Positions 51,800-64,000 of a stretch of DNA of 64,000 bases are shown here, one piece after another; positions within the stretch are counted from its first letter, which is position 1, and every line of letters starts with the position of its first letter. The notes under the pieces were generated by a model. That model worked only from the letters and a program-made list of their open reading frames with translations. It searched no databases and was not told the origin of the DNA. The position numbers and the translations under genes are program-made. Source of the stretch: Octopus vulgaris (Eukaryota); NCBI GenBank assembly GCA_951406725.2, contig OX597818.1, positions 21,576,001 through 21,640,000 of the forward strand. Reading direction: 5' to 3'.

Positions 51800-53250
51800 T
51801 ACTTTCATTGCTATCTTACCATTTGCCTTCCATGAAAGTAAAAATGAAGGTGAAAATAGTTTCTTTTACAAAAAAGTGTTTTCCTAAAAAATAAATTTAT
51901 TAAGATGAATGTTTTTCCAAGAAATTGAAACTATGAAGGAATGTAAGAAACTATGATTCACACTTATGCTTACTTCCACATACACCTGAATTGTTTAGTT
52001 TTTTTTACTCTTCATGAGTGGAAAATAGCCTGCTTTTCCAAGTGCTAAAAGTTTATTCAACATCCCAAGAAAAAATATAACATTGGATGTAAAATCACAA
52101 GTGTTGAGATTATCAGAAGCTGATGAATGTCAGGTATATGTCGGTAAATTTTTAAACTTGGCTATATCAAAAATTAGAGCTACCGTGCAAAATGTAGACA
52201 AAATAAAAACTTCATCTATGATGACTTCATTATTTTCAGCAAAGAAGTTGACTTGTTAAGGATAAATGAGGGGCATATAGAAAACTCAACTGCATGTTAT
52301 TTTAGAATCAAACAAAGCCTAGATGACCAAAGAAATTTTCGAATGTTGTTTTTATCTGGCAGTGAAAAAATGTTGTGAAGAATACAACCTTATACCTAAT
52401 GCTCCAGGCCATCCTCCAAATTTCAACGACACTGCAGACCAGCATTCTTGTTGAAGTAGTTTTTGCCTACCATCAAACATTTATGTATTACAACCTGTGG
52501 ATCAGGGTATAATTGACAGGGCTTCTGACACTTACCATGACTTTTAAACAATTTGTTGATGGGGGTGGGGGGTGGGAAAGACAAGTGTAGCAGTTTTTCA
52601 GATCCTGCATAAATATCAAGTCGGCTTGGGTCAAAGTAACCAAAAATTGCAGAGTTTGGTATTATGACTTCTAGTTATCAATGACGTCACTGAGTTGGCC
52701 ACTGAAGGGAGAATGCACAACATCAGTGCAGAAGATTTGGAGGAGTTAATAGAATCTTATAGTAAGAGTTTATTAACCCTTTCATTACTGTATTTATTTT
52801 GAGATGCTCTGTGTTTCTTTCAATTACTTCAAATATAACAAAGAATTTAGTAAAATAGCTTAGTTATCATTCAGCTAGTGTTAGGAACATAAATTGTGAC
52901 TAAGGTTTGGTGGAAGATTTTAATTCAAAACTTATGAAAACAAAACATTTGTACTCAGAGCCAGAGCTGGTTTCAACCGGATTGGTAATGAAAGGGCTAA
53001 AGAATTACTTGAGTTAGCAAGGCAGCACATGTCAAATGAAGATCCTTCTGTTGTGCTAGTAACATCAGAAAGAATTGTTCATTTCTGAATTTCTCATTTA
53101 ACAGCATTATCAAGATTACTGAGGATAACCTTGACTAAGAGTGCAGCAGCAAGCAAAGAAAGGTATTTTGGACATGATATACTGCTAATGTGAACTGGTT
53201 CATAAGAGATGATCCAAGAAGATACAGAGAACATAAGATGCATTTTTTGA
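51800..53250 (+). pseudogene. pogo/Tigger (DDE_1) transposase remnant, interrupted by a MITE; boundaries approximate
   Basis: SNKA*MTKEIFE (cf. NxKAWMT..IF), NAPGHP (cf. DNAPGHP), LQPVDQGII (cf. LQPMDQG.I) and EDLEELIES. Confidence 0.78.
52777..52996. mobile_element. piggyBac-type MITE
   Basis: Perfect 12-bp TIRs CCCTTTCATTAC (52777-52788) and GTAATGAAAGGG (52985-52996). TTAA on the left, CTAA (mutated TTAA) on the right. Confidence 0.88.
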
Positions 53251-53484
53251 AAAGCAACTAGTGTGTAAGGAAGAATTTAGTCTTATCCCAAATGTAGGTA
53301 TGGGTCAACTTGATGCCCTACGTACTATGATTTGAAACCAAGACCTCCTGATTGTAAAGCAAACTTCCTAACCATTGGCCAAACTCTGTCTACAAAGACA
53401 CTGTATAGTGCTGTGTTATTACTGTACACATACATGTGCATGCTTACATGCACATACACACATAACTTAGAAAAGGAAGTGTAA

Positions 53485-53640
53485 AACTTCTGCATAGTTT
53501 CTACCTATACAATTTCATTCAAGGCTTAGGTTTACCTGTTACTATACAAGATATTTGTACACTGTTCTGAACAGTGGGATTGAGCCCAAAACCATGTGAT
53601 TGTGAAGCAAGCTCCTTGACTACAGGGCCATGCCTGCACC
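53485..53640 (-). mobile_element. SINE family B, degraded
   Basis: CAGTGGGATTGAGCCCAAAACCATGTGATTGTGAAGCAAGCTCCTTGACTACAGGGCCATGCCTGCACC. Confidence 0.65.
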
Positions 53641-56600
53641 CACAAAACATGTTCATATGAGAAAGGATAAAAATGTGTGAAACTCCTCTCATAGGCGTAC
53701 TCTTTGTATTACTATGTTTAGCTTTGTTTCAATTTTTATTTGTTTCAATTTTGTTTACATTTTTATTCTTTCATTTGTAATTAAAAGAAACAATCATGCA
53801 ATTTATATTTTATATCTGAGATTTAATTGCAATGATTTGCTGAGAGATGCACATTGATGAGTTGGTAATGAATGGAGTATATAGCGATAAAATCTTTAGC
53901 AAGTCAAAAGTCTTAACTTCACTATACATGTCTACATTAATTATCACGATTCTTCAAAGACATCTCCTTCATGTGGAATTCATTAAAAATAAAACAAGCG
54001 TAGCATAACACAACATAACAGAAAAGAAATATAAATACTCTTGTCATTCATATTTTGATGATAATAGACTTGATGCAGCTGTCATTTATAGTCAAATGGA
54101 AGTGATAATAGACTGCTTAAAGTTTAAGATGAAGATATATTGGCTAATGATGAATCACCAGCAGATGGCTCATGTATTAAAGTTGAAATTGTCTGTAAGG
54201 AGAAAGAATGTACTTTTGCTTGGAAAGCATCATCATTATCCTCCTCCTCATCATCATCATTGTTGTTGCTGTTGTCGTTAACTTCATATTAATAGTCTGG
54301 GTGTTACTTGACAGGATTCCTTTGGAGTTGTATTAGGATGGGGTGCAGGAAAACAAAGGTGTGCCAGCAATAGCTAAATTTTTATTCTGGAAAAACGGGT
54401 AAAAATAACCATCAGCAGATGATTCTTCAGTCTGATAGGAATATTCATATTCCAAATATAGAGTATCTAATTATATATTTATGCCAAGAACTTGAGCATG
54501 TTAGAAAATTAAGCTCTATAAAATGGAAAGGAAAATTACTTCAGTTTATTCATATTTAGTACATGTCTGCAAATTCATTTACTGCCAAAAGTCATAAATT
54601 TATTTTGAGTAATTTCAATGTGTAATTATTTTGCTGATAAAAAAGATAATTTTTTAATTCTCTTTTTACAATCTAAATGGGTACAGTTGACACATGTACT
54701 GGTAAGAATTGTCCCCTGTAAAAATTGTTAGCATCATATTTATTATCATTGTATGCAGTACTAGTTTACAATACTGGTATGTGTTGTTTTGGTTTGGAAC
54801 AGAGAATCAATTCATGTGGTGGAATAATTTTTCAGTCAATGTGATTAAAATGTATCTGTTGCCAGCATGCTGTAGAACAACTGGGAGTGAAGCAATCTTT
54901 AGCGTTTGTTTTAGTATGTCTCTATATTGAAGGCCTTGGGCAAGATATATCAAACCGTATCTGGTGGTAAGGCTCCAGATAAGAGTTCAGGAGTTTGGGA
55001 GAGTAAAGAGTTAACACTTAGTTACCATTACTTTCAGGTCACACTTGCCCAAGGTGGTTGTACTGTCAAAAACTCCAGTTATAAGTCAAATAGAGGATGA
55101 ACCTGTGGTTAAAGTGTACAGAACTTAATGATGGATTGCCCTAAACATGTGTTACACAGGTCCACAAGTGTATAGACATGATCTAACATCACATGAGCCA
55201 GTCTCCCTACCTAAGGATTGAATGAATTCTGTGCCTTAAGGATAATCTTAGGAGAATGGGAAACTAGCAGAATAAACTGTAAATAAATCAACAGAAAGCT
55301 AACAAAAAATTGCTGCTGTATCTTTTCCCAAGAAAAATCATTTTCACATTTTGTCATAGAGGTCCCCTATGCCCTATAAAACATGTGCATGAATGGAGTG
55401 AGAGAGAAGTATTGATCTACAGAAATTCAAACTGAACATTAGTATTTTTTAAATATATATATCATGTCTTTAGGTAGAAGGCTTTGGGCAGTATATCAAA
55501 CTGCATCTAGTAATGAGTCTCTAGTTCAGGAGGTCTGGAGTTTTGGAGAGTAAGGAGTTAAACCTTAGTCATTGCTACTCTTAGATTCACTCTGGCCTCA
55601 GGTGGTTGTACTGTCAAGAACCCCAGTTATAAATCAGATATGCTTAGCCATAGTGGCTAAGTATATTGGACTTGGAGAAGGGCTGGTCCCTAGATATGTG
55701 TCACCCAGATCCACCAGTGTTTGGACATGTCTTAATATTATTATGTTACTAACATTCCTTCTCTCACCAACTTAATAATGAAAAAACAAACTAACAAACA
55801 AGTAGATACAATATACATGTCATTGTATGAGAATGAAATCAGTTCTGCTGCAAGCATTCTGTTTTGTTTCTCTGTCAAATGTCTTATTCAGTTTTATTCT
55901 AGTTCAGCTACCTTTTGGGAATAGTTTCTAGAATTTTAGGAAATGTCAGTATGTTGAGCATTTAATACATTCTTCTATATACTTCTACAATTCATTGAAC
56001 TCAAATGAACATAGAATGATGTTGATGCTTTAGCTTTACCATAAAAGTGTATTTAAAATCATCCAAAGCAAGTCCATTTACAAACATGTAAATCCATAAA
56101 TAAAACCTAAAGTTATATTTGATGTGATACCTCCCTTCTCATGCCCTGTTTCATTTGCATAATTGAACTATTTGGTCTAATGTTGGCCAGTATTACTGCT
56201 TTTTGTCACTTCTTTTATTCTTTTCTGATGAGTTGTATACCTGAGCCTGTATGAAGTCATTGTTATATGTGGTCTGTATTTCGATTTATGTTGTTATGAC
56301 TATTGTAACAAAATATTTGAATGAAATATTGTTATATAGACATGTATGAATGTATTACTTTTGTGTTTCAGTATATATGTAACAAGTTTAACTTGCTTGG
56401 CATATATTCAAATAACTTACTAAAAACATTATTTTGCATAGTTATATTAACAATTTTTAAAATTTGCACAAGGTCTCAAATTTAAGGGATGGATCCTTAT
56501 TTTATCAAGCATAGAAAGATGAAAGTGAAGTCAACTTTGGTTGACTTTGAACTCAACAATGTCAAAGTATGCAAAAAAATTCCACAAGGAATCTGTCCTT

Positions 56601-56789
56601 CTGTATTGTTTAGAAATTATTAATTAAAAATAATGTGAATTTTCCCTAACTTCTGTATTTTCGGAGGTAATGAAATAGTCAAGCAAACAAAGTTGATTAA
56701 ATTAGGAACACCAAATTTCATAGTTGCTGGATACAGCAAATTGAAGGAATTGTGCATGCACGTGTGTGTGTTTGTATACGAGTCCCCCT

Positions 56790-57125
56790 GCATAACATCT
56801 TGGGCATCTTTATGTAGTCCTGAGCTGACCAAAGGCCTGTTAGTGAATGTGGTAGATGGAAACTAAAGGAAGCCTGTAATGCATGTGTGTGTGTGTGTGT
56901 TTTTGTTACTGTCTCCTTGCCTTGACATCATGTGATAATTGTAAACAAGTGTCACTGTCATGCAAGTGGTGTCTTTTGTTTCCAATCTCTCATGAAAATG
57001 TCTCTAGGTGTGGGGAAAGATTTACCTTGTTTGGCAACAGGAAGGGTGTCCAGACTTAGAAATTCTGCCTCAACAAATCCTGTCTTATCTATGTGAGCAT
57101 CGAAAAGTGGGTATTAAAATAATGC
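56790..57125 (+). mobile_element. SINE family B with RTE-like tail
   Basis: CTTGGGCA core, GGTAGATGGAAACTAAAGGAAGCC, (TG)n and TTGGCAACAGGAAGGG..TCCAG. Similar structure at 3545-3900. Confidence 0.68.
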
Positions 57126-58269
57126 TTGCTCTCTCTCTCTCTTTCTGTCTGTCTGTCTGTCTCTCTCTCTCTCACACACACACATTCTTGTGTAAAGGAA
57201 AATAAACTTTCTATGAATGTGTTTCTTTTGCATATGAATCCACTGTCTTCAATAAGCTTTGAACATCAGAATACACCCATTTTGTTTCAGTCTGAAGTTG
57301 ACACTTACAGGCTGTATAATGTAGGCAAAAGGTGAGGTGGAGGTTATTATATCAATAAGCTTCTTTCACAGATAAGCTATATAAAAGAAAGGTTGTGTGG
57401 TAACAGCAGTATTTAAAAAACAGAAGAAAAAGACATGTTGAGTGAGTCCATATGTAGAAAAATAATACTTATAAGTTTTTGAGTTTTGGAAACTTAGCGG
57501 TAGATTGAAAATTGGAAGTAATGTTGGGTGAATAGTGGTGGCAGTATGGTTTGTTTCTGCTATAATAGATTTCTGTTTCAGTATTATTGATAACTTACAG
57601 ATGTGAACTATTTTCTATTCATCCTCACAGTATCTTATTTTCTTTTCAACCACTGACCTTAGTTCTGTCCTCAGTGAAGAGATGACAAACACCCTTACAT
57701 AGATAAACACAAACATGTTTCTAGATTTTTCTAAATTGAAAAAACGTTTTCATAATATACAATAACTGTTCCAACATGCAGGTGTCATTCCGGCTACAAG
57801 ACTTCTTATTCACACACTCAGTACAGTTACTGCATTGTTTGTACAACTTCCTGTTGACGCCCTGTCAGTGTATCTTTTTGCTATTTCTTTTTTGTCTTTG
57901 AAATCATCTTCTGCTTACTATCTTTTATTCTTCTCAACTCTGATCCTCATCATGTTTCCATGGGTTGAACAGGTCTGCACAACTAGATATTTCTGTACCT
58001 TGTTTTAGTAGGTCAGTTAGCTTATTATTTGTCGAACCTCAAGCAGCATTTTTGTCATTCCTCACCTTATTCAATACAGTTATCAAATCTTCAACAAACT
58101 TTCTAACATCTTTAAAATAGTTATCTGCTTTATCTAAACCTATGATCTTCAGACAATGATAATGATAAAAAGACAACTGAATAATGTACATCAGAAATAT
58201 TTCCAATTGACTGAAATTTCTACCTTAGTTGGAGAAAGACACCAAAAACCTAGCTGTATTTCTTAGCAA

Positions 58270-58652
58270 CTGTTTTTTTTTTTTATGTGGTCATGCTGGA
58301 GTACTGCCTTTAGTCGAACAGATCGAACCCCAGGACTTATTCTTTGTAAGCCTAGTACTTATTCTATTGGTGTCTTTTGCTGAACCGCTAAGTTACGGGG
58401 ATGTAAACACACCAACATTGGTTATCTAGTGAGGGTGTGGAGAGGGGACAAACGCAGATGCACACACACACACACACACACATACATATGACAGGCTTCT
58501 TTCAGTTTCTGTCTACCAAATCCACTCACAAGGCTTTCGTCAGCCTGAGGCTATAGTAGAAGAGACTTGCCCAAGGTGCCATGCAGTGTGACTGAAACTG
58601 AAACTATGTGGCTGGTAAGCAAACTACTTACCACACAGCCACTCTTGTGCCT
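58270..58652 (-). mobile_element. SINE family B, best-preserved copy
   Basis: GAACCGCTAAGTTACGGGGATGTAAACAC..., (CA)n, GACAGGCTTCTTTCAGTTTCTGTCTACCAAATCCACTCACAAGGCTTT...ACTTGCCCAAGGTGCC...CTTACCACACAGCCAC. Confidence 0.88.
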
Positions 58653-59427
58653 ATAATTGTTGCTTACAATTTTATGTAAATCTCATGGTAATTCTTTGTA
58701 ACTGTTCCTGACAATCACAGAAAGCTAGCTGTAATTGTTAACTATTGTTGTAAACAATTGCTTTGTTTTTGAGTTTCTTACTCAAATTTTATTAAACCTA
58801 ACTCAAGTCCTTGCTATAGATCATGAGTAATTATCCAATCATTGTAGACTTCCTGCCTTTACCTGCATTATTTCATGGTCTCTTTGATACAAATCAAAGA
58901 ATGGACATTGGAGTTGATAGATCATTGTACAACCAACCAATGATGGACAGTTGGCTACTATAGTTAGTTGTAGTATTGAAATATTGATTTCTCAAATTGG
59001 CATTTTGGGGTCATAAGTATAGTAATTTAACTCAACTTCAGTACTTGATTGGTACAAACTTTATCAACCACCAAAAGGATGAAGACAAAATTGACTTTAG
59101 TGAGATTTGAGCTCAGTATATATAGTGATGAATCAAATACTATATTTGCTTGGGGGTTCTGATTCTGTCAAACTACTGTGTACTCTAATATTGGTTCCTT
59201 ACAGAAGTACGTTTCAAATTTAGGGTATGGGGATAGTTTTCATTTTCAACCCCATCCTGTTTGGAGGAGTTGAAAATAGTTTGGAGAAGACATTCCTCTG
59301 CAATCCTCTAGTTATCATGATCTTTGCAATTAAATTTAGGTTTTATGTCATTACATACTTATTACACTCAAGTATCTATAGGAAGGTGGATATCTGATTT
59401 GTTGGGTTCCAATCTAAATAATAATAA

Positions 59428-60057
59428 TAATCCTTTCTGTCATAGGCACAAGACCTGAAATTTTTTGGAAGGGAGCTCAACCCCAAAAGGATGAAAAGCA
59501 AATTTGGTATCGGTGGAATTTGAACTCAGAACATAAAGCCAGAAGAAATATTGTTAAGCATTTTGTTTGGTATGTTAATGATTCTGCCAACTTGCTGCCT
59601 TATTAATAATAATAAAATAAAATAATAATGATTTCTACTATAGGTATAAGGTCTGAAATTTTGGAGGATTAGGCTTATTTTATTGATTCTAAAAGGCAAA
59701 GTTGACCTCTATGGCATTTGAACTTGGAACTTAAAATTGGGAAAAATGCTGGGAAGTTTTTCCTGACATGCTAATGATTCTGCTAGCTTGCTGACTTAAC
59801 AATAATAATAATAATAATGATGATAATGATAATAATAATAATAATAATCCTTTCTACTATAAGCATAAGACTTGAAATTTGGTGTGAGGAGACGATTATA
59901 TCGACCTCAATGTTTCACTGATACTTAATTTATTGACCCTGAAAGGATGAAAGGCAAATCGTCTTCAGCGGAATTTGAACTCAGAACATAGTGGCAGGTG
60001 AAATACCGCTAAGTATTTTGCCTGGTATGCTAATGATTCTGCCAGCTTACTGTCTTA
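59428..60057 (-). mobile_element. Three head-to-tail SINE family A copies separated by (AAT)n
   Basis: Copies at ~59428-59602, ~59630-59797 and ~59847-60057. Each has GGCAAA/AGCAAA..GGAATTTGAACTCAGAAC-like and AATGATTCTGCCAGCTT-like motifs. Confidence 0.85.
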
Positions 60058-60065
60058 ATAATAAT

Positions 60066-60295
60066 TCTCTGATAACCACTTCTGGCTCTTACCAGAGGTA
60101 TGATAGGGAGCTGAATCTTGCTGCTATACTTATGGCCTTCCAACAGCAACCTTCTCCAGCCAAGGTTTGACTACAGTCTCCAGCAGCTTTACATAGTCAT
60201 CTGAATTGAGCCTAAGGCTCTGTTCAAAAATGTGTGGCAGCATGATGTCACCCTCACTGGATACACATATGCCATCACAATTTGGGGCAACTTGA
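60066..60295 (-). pseudogene. Tc1/mariner-superfamily transposase DDE-domain fragment
   Basis: VSSEGDIMLPHIFEQSLRLNSDDYVKLLETVVKPWLEKVAVGRP* then QQDSAPYHTSGKSQKWLSE (cf. QQDGAPAHT...Q.WL). Confidence 0.82.
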
Positions 60296-61634
60296 TTTTT
60301 ATGATATGTGTAACACATTTCACAACTTTTACAGTGTTCACCGAGCATTGAGCAGCAACCATAATATTGACATTTTGATACCCAGTGCATGTTATCATTA
60401 TACAAGTAACATTCAGATGGTTTCCAGTCCTTCATGTCAGCTAACTTTTTCTCAACTCCAACTTTAATCTTTATGTTCTCTAATGCTGTTGACTGTTCAC
60501 CAACACATCATGCTGTTCCTGAAAAAAAAGGAGATATAAAATATCATCAAATTTAGCCCAAACCCCTGTATTTATTTGTCTCTATCTCAGTTTCATTAAA
60601 TCTCCCCCAAAATATTGAATGAAACAAATCTAATGTTGTTAATTTTCATTTCTCATAATCTTTATTTTATGTTGCTAATTTAGTTTATTGATTTTGTGGT
60701 GCATAGGAAAGCTTGAATGCTTTTTAGTGAAATAATACAAAGAAAATTAAAATAAAGAAAAATGAGTGGGACTGGAAGGGTGACTATTGTTTGTAACAAA
60801 TAAACACAGTTTAAAGAAGTCGACAGCAAATATTTCTGCTTTGGGTTTGAGCAAATGAGAAATATGTTGCTTAAATATCCTTGAAGATGGAATAGGGTGG
60901 TAGGGATTGGTGAATGAATAAATAAATTAAATGAAATATGAAAAAAAGGGGCTGAAGAAACACAGCAGTAAGGTTTATAATGAAGAAAACAGCTGTTTTC
61001 TGCAAAACTATGAAAATGAAGGATGTTTGGATAATATTAGGGAAAGTGAATTTAATACGGATGTTATGTAATGTTTATTTTGTTGATATTTGAATATTTT
61101 CTATTATGTATTATGTAGAGCTGTGTGTGTATGTGTGTGTCTAAGAATATGTGCAATGCTACCTCAATTAAATGCCTCATTTGGCTTGTTCCAAAACACC
61201 GAAAGTGTATTGAGAGATGTGAGGAAAAGAAAATTTTAATCGACAAAATAAAATGTCAGGTGGTAGTTTTTCAGGTGGTAGGAAATAAAAAATAAAATCA
61301 GAACTCAGATTTACTTCCTTGTTGTTTAGATTTATGTTATATATGCAAATAAAATGTCTTCTTGAGTTTACAGAGCACACAAAATTGGTGCTTAGCTCTG
61401 GTTTTATGGTATTTTAACAGATAACAGATAAATCCTTCCCTGTATTGGACACTAAACTACCATAGATAATAAAGAGTCTATTCCCAGCATCTAGGTGAAT
61501 GAAGTTTATATTATTCAGCATGCTGACTAAATAGACAAGGAAATGCCAACAGTGGATAAAAGATAAATCTCTCTATGGATGAGAGACCAGCCTGTTGCTA
61601 GCAACATTTGTAGATTTGTTGTTTTCTATTGTAG

Positions 61635-61646
61635 GCTGAACAGAGG
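61635..61646 (+). CDS. Candidate 12-nt microexon (AEQR in phase 0)
   Basis: TTTGTTGTTTTCTATTGTAG|GCTGAACAGAGG|GTAAGT: a U-rich acceptor and perfect donor hexamer only 12 nt apart, in non-repetitive sequence. Confidence 0.42.
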
Positions 61647-63107
61647 GTAAGTAAAATTTCAGAGTCCTGCTTAGTGACATGAGCTGGCATTCTTGTATCT
61701 TACCGATAGTAATTTTGCTGAAGCTGTACTATTATTTCTTTTGTTAACAAATATCAATCTTAAAACTTTTTTTTATTAAATAAAAGTTAGTCAGAAAAGG
61801 CTCAGTGATTCTAACCTTTACAGGCTTTTCCAAGACTAGTGAGATTGATGCAAATGTGAATTTTTTTATAGGTCAATATCTACAAAAAATTGTGGATAGA
61901 AATTGGGTTATGTCCATATACTTGCAACAGAGTGAACTCAGTTATGGGCATCTTTATTGTTGTTTAGTACCAGATCAACTCTAGAACAAGCCTATGATTA
62001 AACCATCCCAGTCATGGTCATCTTGACTTTTTTCCAATCACAGTTTTAGTAAGACTTATGACTTTTGAAAGACTTTCAGACAACAAGGTGTCATTTGAAG
62101 CACATTTGATACTACTTCTAGCAAGTAGACTTACTGCATAAAAGCCCTATTTCATTGGAATGAAGCACCTTAGTACAATGTGGGGACATTAAACAGGATA
62201 ACATGTTAGATCTACAATTCTTAAAAAAAAAAAGTTTCAAGTTTTTGTGATGTCAACATTGAGAAATTGCCTAACTGGTTGGAGGTGAGGATTTGAATGG
62301 GTACATCTAGTTAAAAAAGGAAGATACTAAGTTAAAAAAAAAGAAAGTGGATTGCTGGATTTTAAGTTCCAAACTCTGTAATTATTTATACATCTGTAAG
62401 TCAAAACAATTGATGGGAAAATATTCAAACAAACCTTTATAGCATCATTGTCAAATATGGAACAAGAATTTGAATAAAATAAGTATTTTGGCTGGCAGCT
62501 AGCGTTTTATTTTGCTCGGGATGAGTGTTCACAAAAATGCCTTAAAACAATCATAGTTGATGACTAATATTCTTTAGTGACCAGTGAGAGGTACACCCAC
62601 TGAGTTTCATTGGTAGATTACAATAAGTCATAATGTTGCATTTAACAGATCTTCATTCACTCCCGTTAAATAATGACACTTTCCTACATTCACAATTGAT
62701 TCAGTTGCATCAAGTAAGCTATTGTCTCTCTATCAGACTTGTGCTCCTACACTGCGGTGCCATATAGTGCTGCTGGTAAGTTCCTATCTTATGTTGCCTA
62801 TTCATTATTACCAACATCACTTCTTCTACTGTAAGAAATTTATGTTCAATCTATGAGTAAAGTCTTTGCACATTTCCTTCTCCAAAATTAGATGTCTTTA
62901 GAATCTCTATAACCCTCTTCCTTTGAGACTAATTACTGATAGAAAATATTTACTGTCATGAATGTTGATAGTTTTACCACAGTTCTACTGTAATCAAATG
63001 GCAAAAAATCCAAATCTTAAATTTAGCTAGATTGTCCATTTTATAGAGCCTGTCTGTCTCTCTGTGTATAAAGTTTATGTGTGTGCGTGTATGTAAGTAT
63101 ATATGTA

Positions 63108-64000
63108 TCATCATCATCGTTGTTTAACGTCTGCTTTCCATGCTGGATTAGGTTGGACAGTTTGACTGAAGACTGGCGAGCCAGAAGGCTGCACCAGGCT
63201 CCTATCTGATGTGGCAAAGTTTCAAAAGCTGGATGTCCTTCCTAACGCCAACCACTCTGAGAGTGTAGCGGGTGCTTTTATGTCCTTCTGGCATGAGGGC
63301 CAGTCAGGTGGTACTGGTAACGACCATGCTCAAAAGGTGTTTTTTACATGCCACCTGCATGGGAGACAGTCAGGTGGCACTGGCAATGACCACACTCAAA
63401 TGTTATTTTTCATGTGCCAGTAAGGCGATGCTGGCAACAATCATGCTCAAATGGTGCTTTTTGTGCCACCAGCACGGGAGCCAGTCAGCGGCCCTGGCAA
63501 TGACCACACTTGGATGGTGCTTTTAACGTTCTACTGGCACAAGTGCCAATCAGGCAGTATTGCCATCAGCCATGTCAGCAATTTTGATTTCACTTGCCTC
63601 AACAGGTCTTCGCAAACAAAGTTTATTGTCCAATGAATGAAGGGTTCTCATAAGTGAGCTGGTTTACACCACTGGCATAGGCCACAGGTTATGGACTCAC
63701 TTGGCTTGTCGGGTCTTCTCAAGTGCAGTATATCTCCGACGATCTCAGTCACTAGTCATTGCCTCAGCGAGGCCCAATGTTCGAAGGTCATGTTTCACCA
63801 CCTCATCCCAGGTCTGCCTGGGTCTACCTCTTCCACAGGTTCCCTCAACTGCTAGGGTGTGACACTTTTTCACACAGCTGTCCTCATCCATTCGCTACAC
63901 ATGACCATACCAGCACAGCCATCTCTCTTGCACACCACATCTGATGCTTCTTAAGTCCAACTTTTCTCTCAGGGCATATGCACACTGACATTACATATCC
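63108..64000 (-). mobile_element. RTE-clade LINE 3' end (ORF2 C-terminus, 3' UTR with ~60-bp subrepeats, (ATG)n tail); continues beyond the window
   Basis: Minus strand: LREKLDLRSIRCGVQERWLCWYGHV*RMDEDSCVKKCHTLAVEGTCGRGRPRQTWDEVVKHDLRTLGLAEAMTSD...EKTRQAK* (stop near 63698), the typical RTE LRWxGHVxRM / GRGRPRKTW C-terminus. Confidence 0.92.

Noticed and set aside
61832-61845. AAGACTAGTGA resembling miR-7
   Set aside because: The seed start (TGG) is missing and there is no hairpin.
63165-63190. CTGAAGA-CTGG(CGAG)CCAG hairpin
   Set aside because: No GAAA follows the stem, and other copies of this RTE tail do not conserve a full hammerhead core.

Overview
AT-rich eukaryotic (animal) genomic DNA, almost certainly a large intron or intergenic region. 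The SINE families and the dense (AT)n/(GT)n/(AAT)n microsatellites resemble those I know from Octopus, so coleoid cephalopod origin is an inference, not a search result. No intact protein-coding gene is visible, and nearly all ORFs in the supplied track are spurious or decayed transposon fragments. The window is a transposon graveyard: a Gypsy integrase end with PPT and 3' LTR, and remnants of CR1/L2, RTE, Penelope, mariner, Tc1-like and pogo/Tigger elements. It also holds hAT and piggyBac-type MITEs with recognisable TSDs, a probable Helentron-type element and about five SINE-like families. Highlights: (1) a near-intact minimal type I hammerhead ribozyme (7657-7697, minus), plus a CpG-decayed one at the 3' end of a Penelope remnant (33134-33161); (2) a young ~2 kb tandem array made of an RTE-LINE 3'-UTR segment, with A-B-A-B-A-A higher-order structure (44311-46309); (3) candidate small plus-strand exons (48 nt and 12 nt, with a possible 65-nt linker) of an unidentified host gene; (4) inverted SINE pairs that could form dsRNA editing substrates.
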